A DNA stretch of 63,932 nt, filler included, from Octopus bimaculoides (lineage: Eukaryota): the NCBI RefSeq assembly GCF_001194135.2. It is 4 parts of 4 records of this genome, joined end to end, with 100 filler letters (N's around TTAATTAATTAA, not from the genome) between each part and the next. Parts side by side here need not be neighbours in the genome. Positions count along the whole stretch, not along the records: positions 37,727 to 59,992 come from NC_068984.1; 3 more parts are not named here. One strand, written 5' to 3'. Both the position numbers and the translations under genes were made by a program. Shown here piece by piece: positions 40,651 through 54,004 of the stretch. The notes under the pieces were generated by a model that was not told the origin of the DNA, made no database searches, and saw only the letters and a program-made list of their open reading frames with translations. The stretch's first letter is position 1. Each line of letters begins with the position of its first letter.

Positions 40651-41458
40651 AATAGATTCCAGTATTGCTATTTGGTTACATTCAGCTTCTTCACCACTTC
40701 CATCACCATTCTGTCATTATAGACCTAACTTTGTCGCTGCAAAAACCAAAGAGAAAAACTCACTTCATATTTTGAAGAAACCGAACTGATTTAAAGAAAT
40801 CTACCGACAGATTGTTTATCTGCTTTTAATCCAAAAACTCCAGACGTGTCACACAATTTGTCACGCAGATTCGGTTTGGAAATTACGTTAGGAGCTACAC
40901 CTCTCTGTGAAAAACTCAAATATTGGACACCTTAATTCCATAAGTGAATTGTTTAACTAAGACTTATATTAGATTATATTAAATCGTATATAAAATTTTA
41001 GCGTCTCTTCTTTATGTCGTGTCAGTCTGTCGCACAACAAACAGCAATAAAAGCTATATTCTCGCGGCTTACATGTATGAACCAAACTCTTTTCTTTCCT
41101 TTTTTTAACCAGAGAAATTTTGCTTCTATCAAGAAGCGAAGCTCAAAATTCACCTCTTCAGAATATGTATGGTCTCTAGTACGATATTGTCAAATGTCAA
41201 GTGTTTTTGTGCTAACGCTTTCATTTCTCTCAGCACTTTCGATAATGCAGACGAGATTTAATCGTCCAATAGCTTTTTAACCTTTGTGTAAAGAGAGGGC
41301 ATTAGGTGAACATTTCCTGAGCACTCTTTCAGTTTTGTATTAAAAAAAAATCGATAGGTGTTACATACTTAGTATCAGCTTCCCTTAGTATATATAGCAA
41401 CTAATGCCCGCGATAAATCAGCATCAAGATGGTTGACAGCATAGATAGACAGGCAGAC

Positions 41459-41490
<32 letters not shown>

Positions 41491-41562
41491 GGACGGACAG
41501 ACAGACAGACAGATAGCTAGCTTGATAGCTAGACAGATAGATAGATAGGCAGACAGATGGAC

Positions 41563-41609
<47 letters not shown>

Positions 41610-41737
41610 AACATTTATATATGTGTGTGCGTATGTGTGTATGTACATATGTGTGCGTCTCTGTGTGGGAATGTATATATATATGTGTGTGTGTATGCGT
41701 GTGTATTTATATGTATATGTATATATGTATATGTATG

Positions 41738-41794
<57 letters not shown>

Positions 41795-41983
41795 AGAGAG
41801 AACGAGAGAAGGAGAAAGAGGGGAGAGAGAGGGAGAGAGAGAAGGAGAGAGAGGGGGAGGGAGAGAGAGGGAGAGAGAGGGAGAGAAAGGGAGAGAGAGA
41901 GAGAGAAACATTTATATTTATATAGATATATATGTACGTATGTGTGCAACTCTGTAGCAATATATATGTGTGTGTGTGTGTGT

Positions 41984-42020
<37 letters not shown>

Positions 42021-42284
42021 TGTGTGTGTGTGTGTATTTATATGTGCATGTATATATCTAGAGAGACAGACAGATAGAGCAAGAAATATATGTATTTTTA
42101 TATATATGCAAAGATATAAATATGCATATCTATCCATATACATACATATGCATACATATACACATATATTTATGCATATGTATGTATGTGTGTATATATG
42201 TATGTATCTATGTGCGTATGTATATATGCGTATATATATATATATACATGTGTGTGTGTCTGTGTGTATGTGTGTGTATGTTTG

Positions 42285-44115
42285 TCATTACTCAGTTTAT
42301 TTCAAGATTTCATGCCAATAGAGAAAGAACCGGTTTCTAACCTAGATCCAAGGCTCCTTCATTGAAATTTCAACATCAACAACAGGGTATTTTTTGTACG
42401 TATGTATGTATGTATGTATGTATGTATGTACAAGGGGAAGTCAAAAATTATCTGCACTTTCGCCATAACATATCTTTACTATAGTCACACTGCCTTCTCT
42501 GCATGCGTGCTTATATTTGGTACTATTGTGGCCACATGATCGAAATTTGGGCCTGATAACGCCATTTTTCTTTCTGGCTTTACAGTGGAGGTATGGCCGC
42601 TCTAGAAGCAATGTGCACCAAAGAAGAACAAAGAACAGTAATCCGATTTCTTTGATCGGAAGGTGTCTCAGGAAGCTTTTAGCGGAAGCTGTTAGCAGAA
42701 GCTTTTAGCGAATTACTGGCTTCAGTTTGTTGGCCAGCAAAGCATTGTATCTTTCACTGTTCATCGTACACCCCTTTTCCAGGTAGTCTTCCAGTATAGA
42801 CCCTTTTGAGTCCCCAAAAAATGTTAGCATCGCCTTTCCGTGGAAGACTGAGTCTTGAATTTCTTCGTCGCTGGAGAGTCAGGATGTTTCCACTCTGTGC
42901 TTCGGATTCTGCCTCATAATGATGAATCCTCTTTTCATCTCCTGTGACTTTTCCACTCAAAAATTCCTCTCCCTCCTTGTTGTAGCGATCGAGTAAACGC
43001 TGGCAGACCTCAAGACGTTTGCCCTTTGCTCTGCAATATGCTCACTTAGCACCCATATTGCACAGACTTTATGGAAGCTACGCTCATCGTGGATGATTGG
43101 ATAGGCAGAACCACGACTAATCTGCAGAGAACAAGCTACCTCATCGATGATAACTCGTCGGTTCACCATAACCATCTCTCGAGCTCGCTGAATCTTCTCG
43201 TCAGAAGTGGAAGTCGACAGGCGTCCTGCTCCCTCTTTGTGCGACACGCTTCTCCAGACACTTTTAAACTTCTCGATTCACTCATACACACTTCTACGCG
43301 GTAGTGCACTGTCGCCATATTGTGCTAAAGGGCCTCCGATGAATTCCATCACCTGACACACCTTCCGACATGAGAAATCGGATCACTGCTCTTCGTTATT
43401 CTTTGGTGCACATTGCTAGTGGAGCGGCCACACTTCCTCTGTAAAGCCAGAAAGAAAAATGGCGTTATCAGGCCCAAACTTCGATCACGTGACAACAATT
43501 GTACCAACTATAAACACGCATGCGCAGAAGGCAGTGTGACAATAGTAAAGATATGTCACGGCGAAAATGCGGATAATTTGTGATTTCCCCACGTATGTAT
43601 GTATGTATGCATGTATGTATGTATGTATGTATGTATGTGTGTATGTGTGTGTGTATTATGTATGTGCAGATTTGTATGCCTTATGTATGTATTCCCATGC
43701 ATATAGTTGCATATCTAGACATGCTCATATATACTTAAATGATAAACTTCTTGAAAGTTTTACAGATTTTTACAGTTCCAGTGATGGCTTGGATCTGTAG
43801 TCTTGGAATTAGCTTTCTCCTTTCTGGTTTTGAGAAGCCTAATTTCTCAAGATTGGTATTTTGGCAGTGTGTTACATATCCCAGGGCCCCAATAATTACA
43901 GTTATAAGCCTGAACTTGTAATCCGGATAGAGTAACTGCAGATTTTTCAATAGTTCAGCGTATGTATTCTCTTTTTCACTGATCTTCAGCTTTATGTCAA
44001 CATCCGCTGGGCAACTAATCTCCACAACTGTGCACAGTTTCTCTTCTCTGTCCCAAATCATTATCTCAAGTCTGTTGTGCTTACAATTTATTGAGGTCTT
44101 CACCGGGATGTTTCA
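42285..44115 (-). mobile_element. 5'-truncated non-LTR retroelement with restriction-like endonuclease (R4/Dong-like), in (TATG)n and interrupted by a mariner
   Basis: ORF 43735-44103: HNRLEIMIWDREEKLCTVVEISCP...KISEKENTYAELL...IIGALG is an RLE PD..D/E..K domain. The 3' UTR resumes at 42285-42430 beyond the mariner. Confidence 0.85.
42431..43593 (-). mobile_element. Rearranged mariner with ~245-bp inverted arms, flanked by TA
   Basis: TA|caaggggaagtcaaaaattatc ... gataatttgtgatttccccacg|TA. The minus strand encodes a decayed transposase (GRLSTSTSDEKIQRAREMVMVNRR...VTGDEK...FWGLK...LLANKLKP). The plus-strand left arm repeats the 5' end including MAALEAMCTKEEQRTVIRF. Confidence 0.9.
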
Positions 44116-44744
44116 CCATATGTATGTATGCATGCATGCATGTATGCATGCATGTATGTATGTATGTATGTAAGTATGTATGTAAGTATGTATGTATGCA
44201 TGTATGTATGTATGCATGTATGTAAGTATGTATGTAAGTATGTATGTAAGTATGTATGTATGTATTATTGCAAGAGCAGCTGAGCTGTTTGTATTTCTTT
44301 ATATACTTCGAATTTTCTGAACGGAGGACAAATNNNNNNNNNNNNNNNNNNNNNNNNNNNNNNNNNNNNNNNNNNNNNNNNNNNNNNNNNNNNNNNNNNN
44401 NNNNNNNNNNNNNNNNNNNNNNNNNNNNNNNNNNNNNNNNNNNNNNNNNNNNNNNNNNNNNNNNNNNNNNNNNNNNNNNNNNNNNNNNNNNNNNNNNNNN
44501 NNNNNNNNNNNNNNNNNNNNNNNNNNNNNNNNNNNNNNNNNNNNNNNNNNNNNNNNNNNNNNNNNNNNNNNNNNNNNNNNNNNNNNNNNNNNNNNNNNNN
44601 NNNNNNNNNNNNNNNNNNNNNNNNNNNNNNNNNNNNNNNNNNNNNNNNNNNNNNNNNNNNNNNNNNNNNNNNNNNNNNNNNNNNNNNNNNNNNNNNNNNN
44701 NNNNNNNNCACATACACACGCTGGTACTACTCACTTTTACCACT

Positions 44745-45100
44745 AGTTATGAGGGTGAGTCAAAAACTAATGCCATTTTGTTTAGGACAGGTATAATTAC
44801 CAACACAGGAACATGTATCATACATCAAAATGAAGCTGATCCTCTGTGGATCACATCCCTACTTCTCAACATAGTCACCGTTTCTCTCAATAGCAATGTT
44901 CCACCTTCGAATGAGAGCATGTATCCCTGCCCCATAAAATTCTGTTGACTGTTCTTTGAGCCACTTTTTCTCTACAGTTTTCACTTCCTCGTCACTGGAA
45001 TAATATTTGCTTCTCAAACCCTCTTTCATGGCGCAGAAGTGATGATAGTCTAAAGGCGCTAAATTTTGATTCACCCTCATACTAAGTCACGCAGCTTCAC
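44745..45100 (-). mobile_element. Mariner 3' end with TIR
   Basis: LAPLDYHHFCAMKEGLRSKYYSSDEEVKT...ALIRRWNIAIERNGDYVEK; ends at ta|tgagggtgagtcaaaaa. Confidence 0.88.
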
Positions 45101-45497
45101 TAAAAGTTACAAGATATCTTTCATAGACTCGATTGACGCATCGTGTGTTAATTAAAGAGGAATTTATCAGATATTTCCCCAGTTTTGTTGGATGTATTTT
45201 TACACAGACATTTACTGTATATGTGGAATAAAGCCGTGACACTGAAAAACCTCATTCATTCAACGCAATACATTCTGAAATTTAAAAAAAATTAATGAAA
45301 GATAATTCCTGTTCGATGGGACATAATATTTTAAAACGAAACATTTTTACAAGAGTTATTTCCCTTGAATCCGTTCTTGCCAATGTTTATTAAGAAGGGT
45401 TTTGAATGCGCGAGTTTCACCGTCGGTGAGACGCCATGTTATTGTAGTGTTGTTGGAATTATTAGATAAGGAGAGGTGTGAGGTTTTATACGTTCAT

Positions 45498-45824
45498 TTA
45501 TTACCTCTGCCTTAGCAAAGGTGGAAGTATTGTTTTCAGTCGTGTTTGTTTGTCCGTGGACAAGATATCTCAAGAACCGCTGGATGGATTCGAATTAAAC
45601 TTTCAGGGATGTTTGGCCTCGTACTGGACAAGGATTCTGGATTATTTTTCTGATTTTTTTTTACTTAATTTTTGAGAGTGGTCGGGTTCATTTTTAGTAT
45701 TTACGTTTGTGAGAGCAGTCGAGTTTATTTCAGATATTCTCATTTTAAAACTCATCTCCGGTTAATCATTGAGAGGACATTGGTGTTGCCTTGGCGGAGG
45801 CTTGCGCTCTCTGAGTGCATTGTT
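45498..45824 (+). mobile_element. Helentron-associated (HINE/DINE-1-like) non-autonomous element
   Basis: 5' ttattacctctgcc and 3' ttggcggagg subterminal inverted repeats followed by hairpin gcgctc-tct-gagtgc and attgtt. Confidence 0.7.
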
Positions 45825-46400
45825 ATTATATCTTCATTTTCTTTCAGTGACTGGATTGTGGCCATGCTGGAGCACCACAATTTATCAGTTTTAGTCGAAT
45901 GAACCGACCCCAGTTTTGTGTTTTTGTTCTTTGTTTTNNNNNNNNNNNNNNNNNNNNNNNNNNNNNNNNNNNNNNNNNNNNNNNNNNNNNNNNNNNNNNN
46001 NNNNNNNNNNNNNNNNNNNNNNNNNNNNNNNNNNNNNNNNNNNNNNNNNNNNNNNNNNNNNNNNNNNNNNNNNNNNNNNNNNNNNNNNNNNNNNNNNNNN
46101 NNNNNNNNNNNNNNNNNNNNNNNNNNNNNNNNNNNNNNNNNNNNNNNNNNNNNNNNNNNNNNNNNNNNNNNNNNNNNNNNNNNNNNNNNNNNNNNNNNNN
46201 NNNNNNNNNNNNNNNNNNNNNNNNNNNNNNNNNNNNNNNNNNNNNNNNNNNNNNNNNNNNNNNNNNNNNNNNNNNNNNNNNNNNNNNNNNNNNNNNNNNN
46301 NNNNNNNNNNNNNNNNNNNNNNNNNNNNNNNNNNNNNNNNNNNNNNNNNNNNNNNNNNNNNNNNNNGGGAGAGAGAGAGGAGAGAGAGGGGGGAGAGAGA

Positions 46401-46640
46401 GACAACGAACGGCGCGTCCGTCCGTCCGTTCCACCTCGCGGTCACCGTACGTACGTATTCGCGACAACGGACGGCGCGTCCGTCCGTCCGATCCTCCTCG
46501 CGGTCACCGTACGTACGTATTGGCGACAACAGACGGCGCGTCCGTCCGTCCGTCCGATCCTCCTCGCGGTCACCGTACGTACGTATTGGCGACAACGGAC
46601 GGCGCGTCCGTCCGTCCGTCCGATCCTCCTCGCGGTCACC
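46401..46640. repeat. CpG-rich 62-66-bp minisatellite, 3.8 units
   Basis: Units start at 46401, 46463, 46525 and 46591: gacaacggacggcgcgtccgtccgtccgatcctcctcgcggtcaccgtacgtacgtattggc. Confidence 0.95.
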
Positions 46641-47274
46641 CTCATATGGACTTGTGATGCATAAATGCACTCTTGCAGAATATCAAAATTAGGCGAGATT
46701 TCCTGAGTAAATACTTTCGTCATATTGAAGAATTAGGTCATGTGACTTTTGAACTGGGTTCAGGAAACCAATATCCATGGACATCATAGGAGGCTGCTGA
46801 AGACAGAATGTCGTCTTGGAGCTTTTCTTGTAGGAAATGGAACCAATCAAGTTGTAATTCCTGGTGAGAGTAATTAATATACGATGCTCTTCTATCCCTG
46901 CCGTTGGATGTTAATTAACATCTGTCTGTAAATTATGCATCGTTGGATCATGCTATGATGGCATACAAATTCATCACAGCATAACCAAAGATCGTGTATT
47001 CTTGCTAATATACTAACACAGACATTCTCAGCCTCTTTTAACTATCGCCCCTATCACTTCCTAACCCTTTTTCAAAGCCTCTCAGCTGCACTTCAGTAAA
47101 CTTCATTGCACACACGAGTCAGAACTTTATTCCATGCAACAGGTGCAGTGACTACCTTTATTGCATGTAAGGAATTGAATTGCTTAAAGTTTACACGCAC
47201 GGACAGCATATATTTAGTTTTGTTTATTTAATCATTCACGTTATTTTTATTATCAATCAAGCAGTTTATCACGT

Positions 47275-47768
47275 GATATCTTTTGCTTGTTTCAGTCATT
47301 TGACTGCGGCCATGCTGGAGCGCTGTCTTGAAGAAAGTTGGTCGAACGAATCGACACCAGTACTTAATTTTTTAAATCCTGGTACTCATTCTATCGGTCT
47401 CTTTTGCCGGACCGCCAGGTTGTGGGGACGTAAACTAACTAACACCAGTTGTCAAGTGGTGATAGGGAACAAATACACACATCCAAACACACACACATAC
47501 ACACAAACACACACACACACATATATATATACATATGGTCTGGCTAAGTCAAAATAGCTTTTTGTATTCTTCCTTTCTACTTGGAGAGTTTAAATGTAGT
47601 TATAAAAAATATGTCCTTCTGTTGAAATGTAATTTCAGTAAATTTCTATATTTTTGTGCAGCTTAGGATTGCTCTGCAATTTACATTTGATGCAATGTTC
47701 ACATAGCTTAAATAAATGGAGTCGCATGAAAACGATCGTACTGCATTAACTTTTGATATCCTTGTTGC

Positions 47769-47806
<38 letters not shown>

Positions 47807-48125
47807 NNNNNNNNNNNNNNNNNNNNNNNNNNNNNNNNNNNNNNNNNNNNNNNNNNNNNNNNNNNNNNNNNNNNNNNNNNNNNNNNNNNNNNNNNNNNNN
47901 NNNNNNNNNNNNNNNNNNNNNNNNNNNNNNNNNNNNNNNNNNNNNNNNNNNNNNNNNNNNNNNNTATATATGACTGGCTTCTTTCTGTTTCCCTCAACTA
48001 AATCTATTCATAATGCTTTCGTCGGCCCGAGGCTATAGTAGGAAACAGCAAGGTTCCACGCAGTGGGAATCAAGCCGGAACCATGTGGCTGAGAAGGAAA
48101 CTTACCACACAGCCACGCCTGCGCC
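47275..48125 (-). mobile_element. SINE family A split at its central microsatellite by insertions and a gap
   Basis: Tail at 47275-47530, head at 47985-48125; a Penelope-like arm lies between at 47656-47772. Confidence 0.7.
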
Positions 48126-49378
48126 TACGTAAGAATATGTAAATATATAAATTTAAGTTAACAAGGTACAAAGACTTAAAAACTGTACAGATCTATGTAA
48201 CATTTCCCCCACCTCCTTTATCCGCCACCCCATTCCCTACTCCTGAGGAGCAGTAACACGTACTTTGTGAAACACTGAACTAAAATGGCAAAGTAATAAC
48301 ATGATGGCACCCGTAATTGACACACATACAGAGCATAATAATTAATAAATAAAAATAAATATTAATTAATGAACAACAAAAAATCAGCAGTTACAACATT
48401 ACATTTATTAGCTTACAGCTGTTTCAGCTACAACGTACACAGCATCTAATTGTGAGCATCAGTATAATTTCTCAAAGATTCATCAGAGCCTATAATAATG
48501 AAATATATATATATAACATTAACACACACACACACACACACACACACATACTTCTATACATACAGACATACGTATGTATATGTGTGTGTGCGTATATTTA
48601 TGTATGAATGTATACATGTATGTATGTATGTGTGTGTGTATGTATGTATGTGTGTATGTGTGTGTACGTATGCATGTCTGCATGTATGCATATATGTATG
48701 TATGTGTGTATGTATGTATCTATGCATGTATGTATGTATGTATGTATCTATGCATGTATGCACATATGTATGTATGCATGTATGTGTATATGTATGTAGG
48801 CATGTGTGCATGTATGTATGTATGCATGTATGTATATATGTATGTATATATGCATGTATGTATGTATGTATGANNNNNNNNNNNNNNNNNNNNNNNNNNN
48901 NNNNNNAACACACACACACACACACACACACACATACTTCTATACATACAGACATACGTATGTATATGTGTGTGTGCGTATATTTATGTATGAATGTATA
49001 CATGTATGTATGTATGTGTGTGTGTATGTATGTATGTGTGTATGTGTGTGTACGTATGCATGTCTGCATGTATGCATATATGTATGTATGTGTGTATGTA
49101 TGTATCTATGCATGTATGTATGTATGTATGTATCTATGCATGTATGCACATATGTATGTATGCATGTATGTGTATATGTATGTAGGCATGTGTGCATGTA
49201 TGTATGTATGCATGTATGTATATATGTATGTATATATGCATGTATGTATGTATGTATGAATGCATGTATGTATGTATATATATAGAAAGTAAAGTTCGAA
49301 TGTGTCAACATCTTATAATTCCATCTCACTGATATGGCTTTCAAATATTTAGATTTACATTTTGATTAACACTGGCCT

Positions 49379-49431
<53 letters not shown>

Positions 49432-49553
49432 TCACACACGTACATACATATATATACACACATCCACATATTACATACATACAAACATACATACATACAT
49501 ACATACATACATACATACATACATACATACATACGTACGTACGTACATGCATG

Positions 49554-49605
<52 letters not shown>

Positions 49606-49609
49606 AAAA

Positions 49610-49681
<72 letters not shown>

Positions 49682-50522
49682 GAGAAAGAAAGGAAGAGAG
49701 AAAGAAAGAAAGACAGTAAGATAGGCAGACAGACAGACAAATAAAAAGATAGAGAGATAGATCGATAATGCAATATGATATAATATAAAATATAATGTAA
49801 TGTAACATGATATAATAATGATTATGTACGAAGGATAGCCAGCTGGAACTTCGAAGTCACTGACACTTGTGAAGATTAACAAACATATACATTATAAAAA
49901 ATGTATTGATACCTCAGCTTAATTTTAAATTTATATAAACTGACATAAAAAAAAATGAGACACATAAGTATATGTATGTGTGTGTATATATATATANNNN
50001 NNNNNNNNNNNNNNNNNNNNNNNNNNNNNNNNNNNNNNNNNNNNNNNNNNNNNNNNNNNNNNNNNNNNNNNNNNNNNNNNNNNNNNNNNNNNNNNNNNNN
50101 NNNNNNNNNNNNNNNNNNNNNNNNNNNNNNNNNNNNNNNNNNNNNNNNNNNNNNNNNNNNNNNNNNNNNNNNNNNNNNNNNNNNNNNNNNNNNNNNNNNN
50201 NNNNNNNNNNNNNNNNNNNNNNNNNNNNNNNNNNNNNNNNNNNNNNNNNNNNNNNNNNNNNNNNNNNNNNNNNNNNNNNNNNNNNNNNNNNNNNNNNNNN
50301 NNNNNNNNNNNNNNNNNNNNNNNNNNNNNNNNNNNNNNNNNNNNNNNNNNNNNNNNNNNNNNNNNNNNNNNNNNNNNNNNNNNNNNNNNNNNNNNNNNNN
50401 NNNNNNNNNNNNNNNNNNNNNNNNNNNNNNNNNNNNNNNNNNNNNNNNNNNNNNNNNNNNNNNNNNNNNNNNNNNNNNNNNNNNNNNNNNNNNNNNNNNN
50501 NNNNNNNNNNNNNNNNNNNNNN

Positions 50523-50553
<31 letters not shown>

Positions 50554-51017
50554 CATACATATATATATACCATATATATTAGATATATATAGATATATCG
50601 ATATATACATTATATGCATATATATATACATTATATGCATATATAGAGACAGACAGACAGACAGACAGACGAAGACAGAGACAGAAAGAGAATGATTAGT
50701 TACAGGATTCACTAGAATCTAAGCGCAACCACACGTGGGACGCCAAGGCTGGCTAGGTACTTATATGACATATTCGTCTTGTTGGTTGCTGAATAGGTCA
50801 TCATGAAAACTTTGTCCTTGCCTATTTAAACAAGTTATAAATTTTGCCTGAGGATGGTGGATTCATGCTATGATGTAATCCATGAATGCGTCAATAAAAT
50901 TCTACCGAAACAGCCGTAGTAAATTTCAGGCCACATTTATATATATACATATATCTTTTATCTTCTACAATATTTCAGTCATTAGACAGCCGCCCTGCTG
51001 GGGCACTGCCTTGAAAG

Positions 51018-51065
<48 letters not shown>

Positions 51066-51748
51066 ATGTATGCATGTATGTATATATGTATGTATGGATA
51101 CATGGTATGTAACAAGCTTTACACCTGAGATGTCCAGACAAAAACAATGAAGAAACATAGCAGAACACGTAAATACAAAAATATTTTGTTTATTTTTTTT
51201 TTACCTTTTAGCAGAAAACTGCTTAATCTTTTTTTCTTTTTCTTTTTTTTCCTTTATACTATAACAAACATATATTTTATTTCTTTTTACGGAGAAAGAG
51301 AAAACAAAATGCAGTGGAAAACGTGTTAAGATTTTAGTGTATAAATGAAATATATCCAATGACTATTGTTTTCTCCTCTTCACCAAAAACTAAAACTGCT
51401 TCAATAAACAAAATCCGAAATTTGTTCCCGTATACTCCAATGTTGTTACGTCATCTAATAGCTGCATGTGTCCCACAGTTATTGCAGCAATGGTGACGAT
51501 CTTATTATTATAATGATGATAATAATAATGAGCTTATTGTGTAAGCTCATTATCTAAACTTGAGACACATTGACAACAACAATAACAATAACAACAATAT
51601 TCAGGCCGTTTTGGTTTTTTTTTCTTTCTTCGTCTGTTTTCTTATGCGTTGTAAGCCATGTAAGGAATTCGTTTCACAATGTGCTGCGAAAGAAATGGGG
51701 AAAGAAAACAATAACTCTAATGATCAGCAATATTACAACTGCTGCAGG

Positions 51749-51980
51749 GCGGCGAGCTGACTGAGTCCTCAGCACACCGGGCGAAATGCTTAGCGGTATT
51801 TCGCCTGCCGTTACGTTCTGAGTTCAAATTCCGCCGAGGTCGACTTTGCTTTTCATCCTTTCGGGGTCGATAAATTAAGTACCAGTTACGCACTGGGGTT
51901 GATGTAATCGACTTAATCCCTTTGTCCGTCCTCGTTTGTCCCCTCTAATGTTTTAGCCCCTTGTGGGCAATAAAGAAGTA
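51749..51980 (+). mobile_element. SINE family B, full length, young
   Basis: Matches the 29523 copy with CpGs intact. Confidence 0.9.
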
Positions 51981-52344
51981 AATATTATTACTGCTGCTGC
52001 AACAACTAATAATAATAACAATAATAATAGTAATAATAATAATAATAATAGTTTTAAATTTTGGCACAAGGTCAGCAATTTTGCTACATGAAGGGAAGTC
52101 GATGACGTTTACCCCAGTGTCCAGCTGGTACTTATTTTATCGAGTTCGAAAGCAAAATTGACCTCGGTGGAATTTGAACCCAGACTAAAAATGGACGAAA
52201 TGCCACTAAGCATTTCATCCGGCATGCTAACAATTCTGCCACCACGCCTAACAGTAATACTAATAACGATGATGATGATGATGATGATGATAATTTATTT
52301 CTTTATTGCCCACCAGGGGATAAACATAGAGGGGGGAAAACAAG

Positions 52345-53160
52345 GACTGTCTGCACTTCTCGGCCAAAGGAGGGTGGCGAGACGATCTTCGCGCTGAAGT
52401 TGGATTACAGCCAGATCTTTCCTGCACCTCAGAGCAGATGTTCGACATAACTCGACAAGTCAGTAATGCTCGAGCACTTTACAAACGCATGCAGGACGGT
52501 CGGTTCCATCACTCTGCGCGTCAGGTGCGGCTGACGACACAATCATGCCTGTTAAATTTATCTCGAACCACCAAACACCCTCACCCACCAGCAATTGGAC
52601 CACGCTGGGAATTTCTGAAAATTAATGGAACCCTGCCTGAAAGACAAGCCAATTTACATCGACGCCCAAAGCTTCCCCGACGACGTCGTCGCTCTTACTC
52701 ACCATTAATCTTCTGTAGAACACCACGGTGGAGCCTCCACTGGCCGCATTGCTCGAATGGCGGAAAGCTGTGACGGCACTGAAGGTGCCAGTGACCCTTC
52801 CTGGGTCTATGCTTGATCCAAGACTACTTCTCTGTCAGAGAGACGAGCTACAGAAAAGCGAGGCTGACAAAGGGCAAACAGCTGCTCAGGCAAAGAAACG
52901 CTTGAGATCTCGCAGCCTCAACGCATGTTTGTGCACCATTAGCTACGGCATGCCCAGTCCCCCATGCAGCAGATGTTGGCAGAAAATGGACACTCTGACC
53001 AATGGAATACGTCCCTTCCATGAAAAGCGGAAGAGCGGGCACCAATCCGCTCAAAAGTGAACTGGGGCAAGGCATGACAGTCAGACGGTAGGAGATGACA
53101 GACGCGATGTAAGCATTCGCCGCTCCGCCTAACTCCAGGAACAGTTTCCTCTCGGTTCAT
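52345..53160 (-). mobile_element. Tx1/L1-like LINE ORF2 C-terminal fragment
   Basis: WKGRIPLVRVSIFCQHLLHGGLGMP*LMVHKHALRLRDLKRF ... and TVLHAFVKC zinc-knuckle remnant; stops and frameshifts. Confidence 0.75.
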
Positions 53161-53194
53161 TTCTTCTATTCCCTCACTTCTCTTATCTGATCAT

Positions 53195-53241
<47 letters not shown>

Positions 53242-53351
53242 CACTCTCACACACACACACATCACTCACACACACACAACAAGCATACATACATACATAC
53301 ATACATACATACATACATACATACATACATACATACGTACGTACGTACGTA

Positions 53352-53820
53352 CATAAAGAGAACATCTATGCTGAACTATTGAGAAATCTGCAGTTACTCT
53401 ATCCAGATTACAAGTTCAGGTTTATACCTGTAATTACTGGAGCCCTGGGATATGTAACACGCTACCTAAATACTAATCTTGAGAAATTAGGCTTCTCAAA
53501 ACCAAAAGGAGAAAGCTGATTCGAAGACTACAGATCCAGTCCATCACTGGAATGTAAAAGTCTGTAAAACTTTCCAGAAGTTTATCATTTAAATATAGAT
53601 GGGCATGTCTATATATGCAATTATATGCATGAGAATACATACATAAAATATACAAACCTGCACATACATACATACATACATACATACATACATACATACA
53701 TACATACATACCCTATTGTTGATTTTTAAATTTCAATGAAGGAACCCTGGATCTAGGTTAGAAACCGGTTCTTTCTCTATGGGCAAGAAATCTTGAAATA
53801 AACTGAATAATGACATTCAT
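53352..53820 (+). mobile_element. Second copy of the RLE retroelement 3' end, flanked by (TACA)n
   Basis: KENIYAELLRNLQLLYPDYKFRFIPVITGALGYV..., homologous to 43735-44103, with an uninterrupted 3' UTR. Confidence 0.88.
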
Positions 53821-53923
53821 ACATACATACATACATACATATGTGGTATGATACACTTATAGTATGACTGGTGTTACAGCGCTAAATAGAATAACGATGC
53901 TTGCGAGGAGAAAATGTTTACGG

Positions 53924-54004
53924 AGATGAACGAACTGAAGATGTCTACTCACACTATTGTAGATGAACGAACTGAAGATGTCTACTCACACTATTGTAGA
54001 TGAA
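53924..54004. repeat. Perfect 37-bp tandem duplication spanning a 5' splice site
   Basis: agatgaacgaactgaagatgtctactcacactattgt x2 + agatgaa. Confidence 0.95.

Noticed and set aside
48520-49258. Apparent 386-bp tandem repeat of complex microsatellite
   Set aside because: Identical copies flank a small gap; assembly overlap artefact.
50801-50821. Candidate last TAP-C exon (tttaaatag|ARTKFS*); the alternative frame gives QGQSFHDDLF
   Set aside because: The required phase-0 reading has no similarity to the KGxIPxxAF consensus, and the better-looking frame is out of phase.
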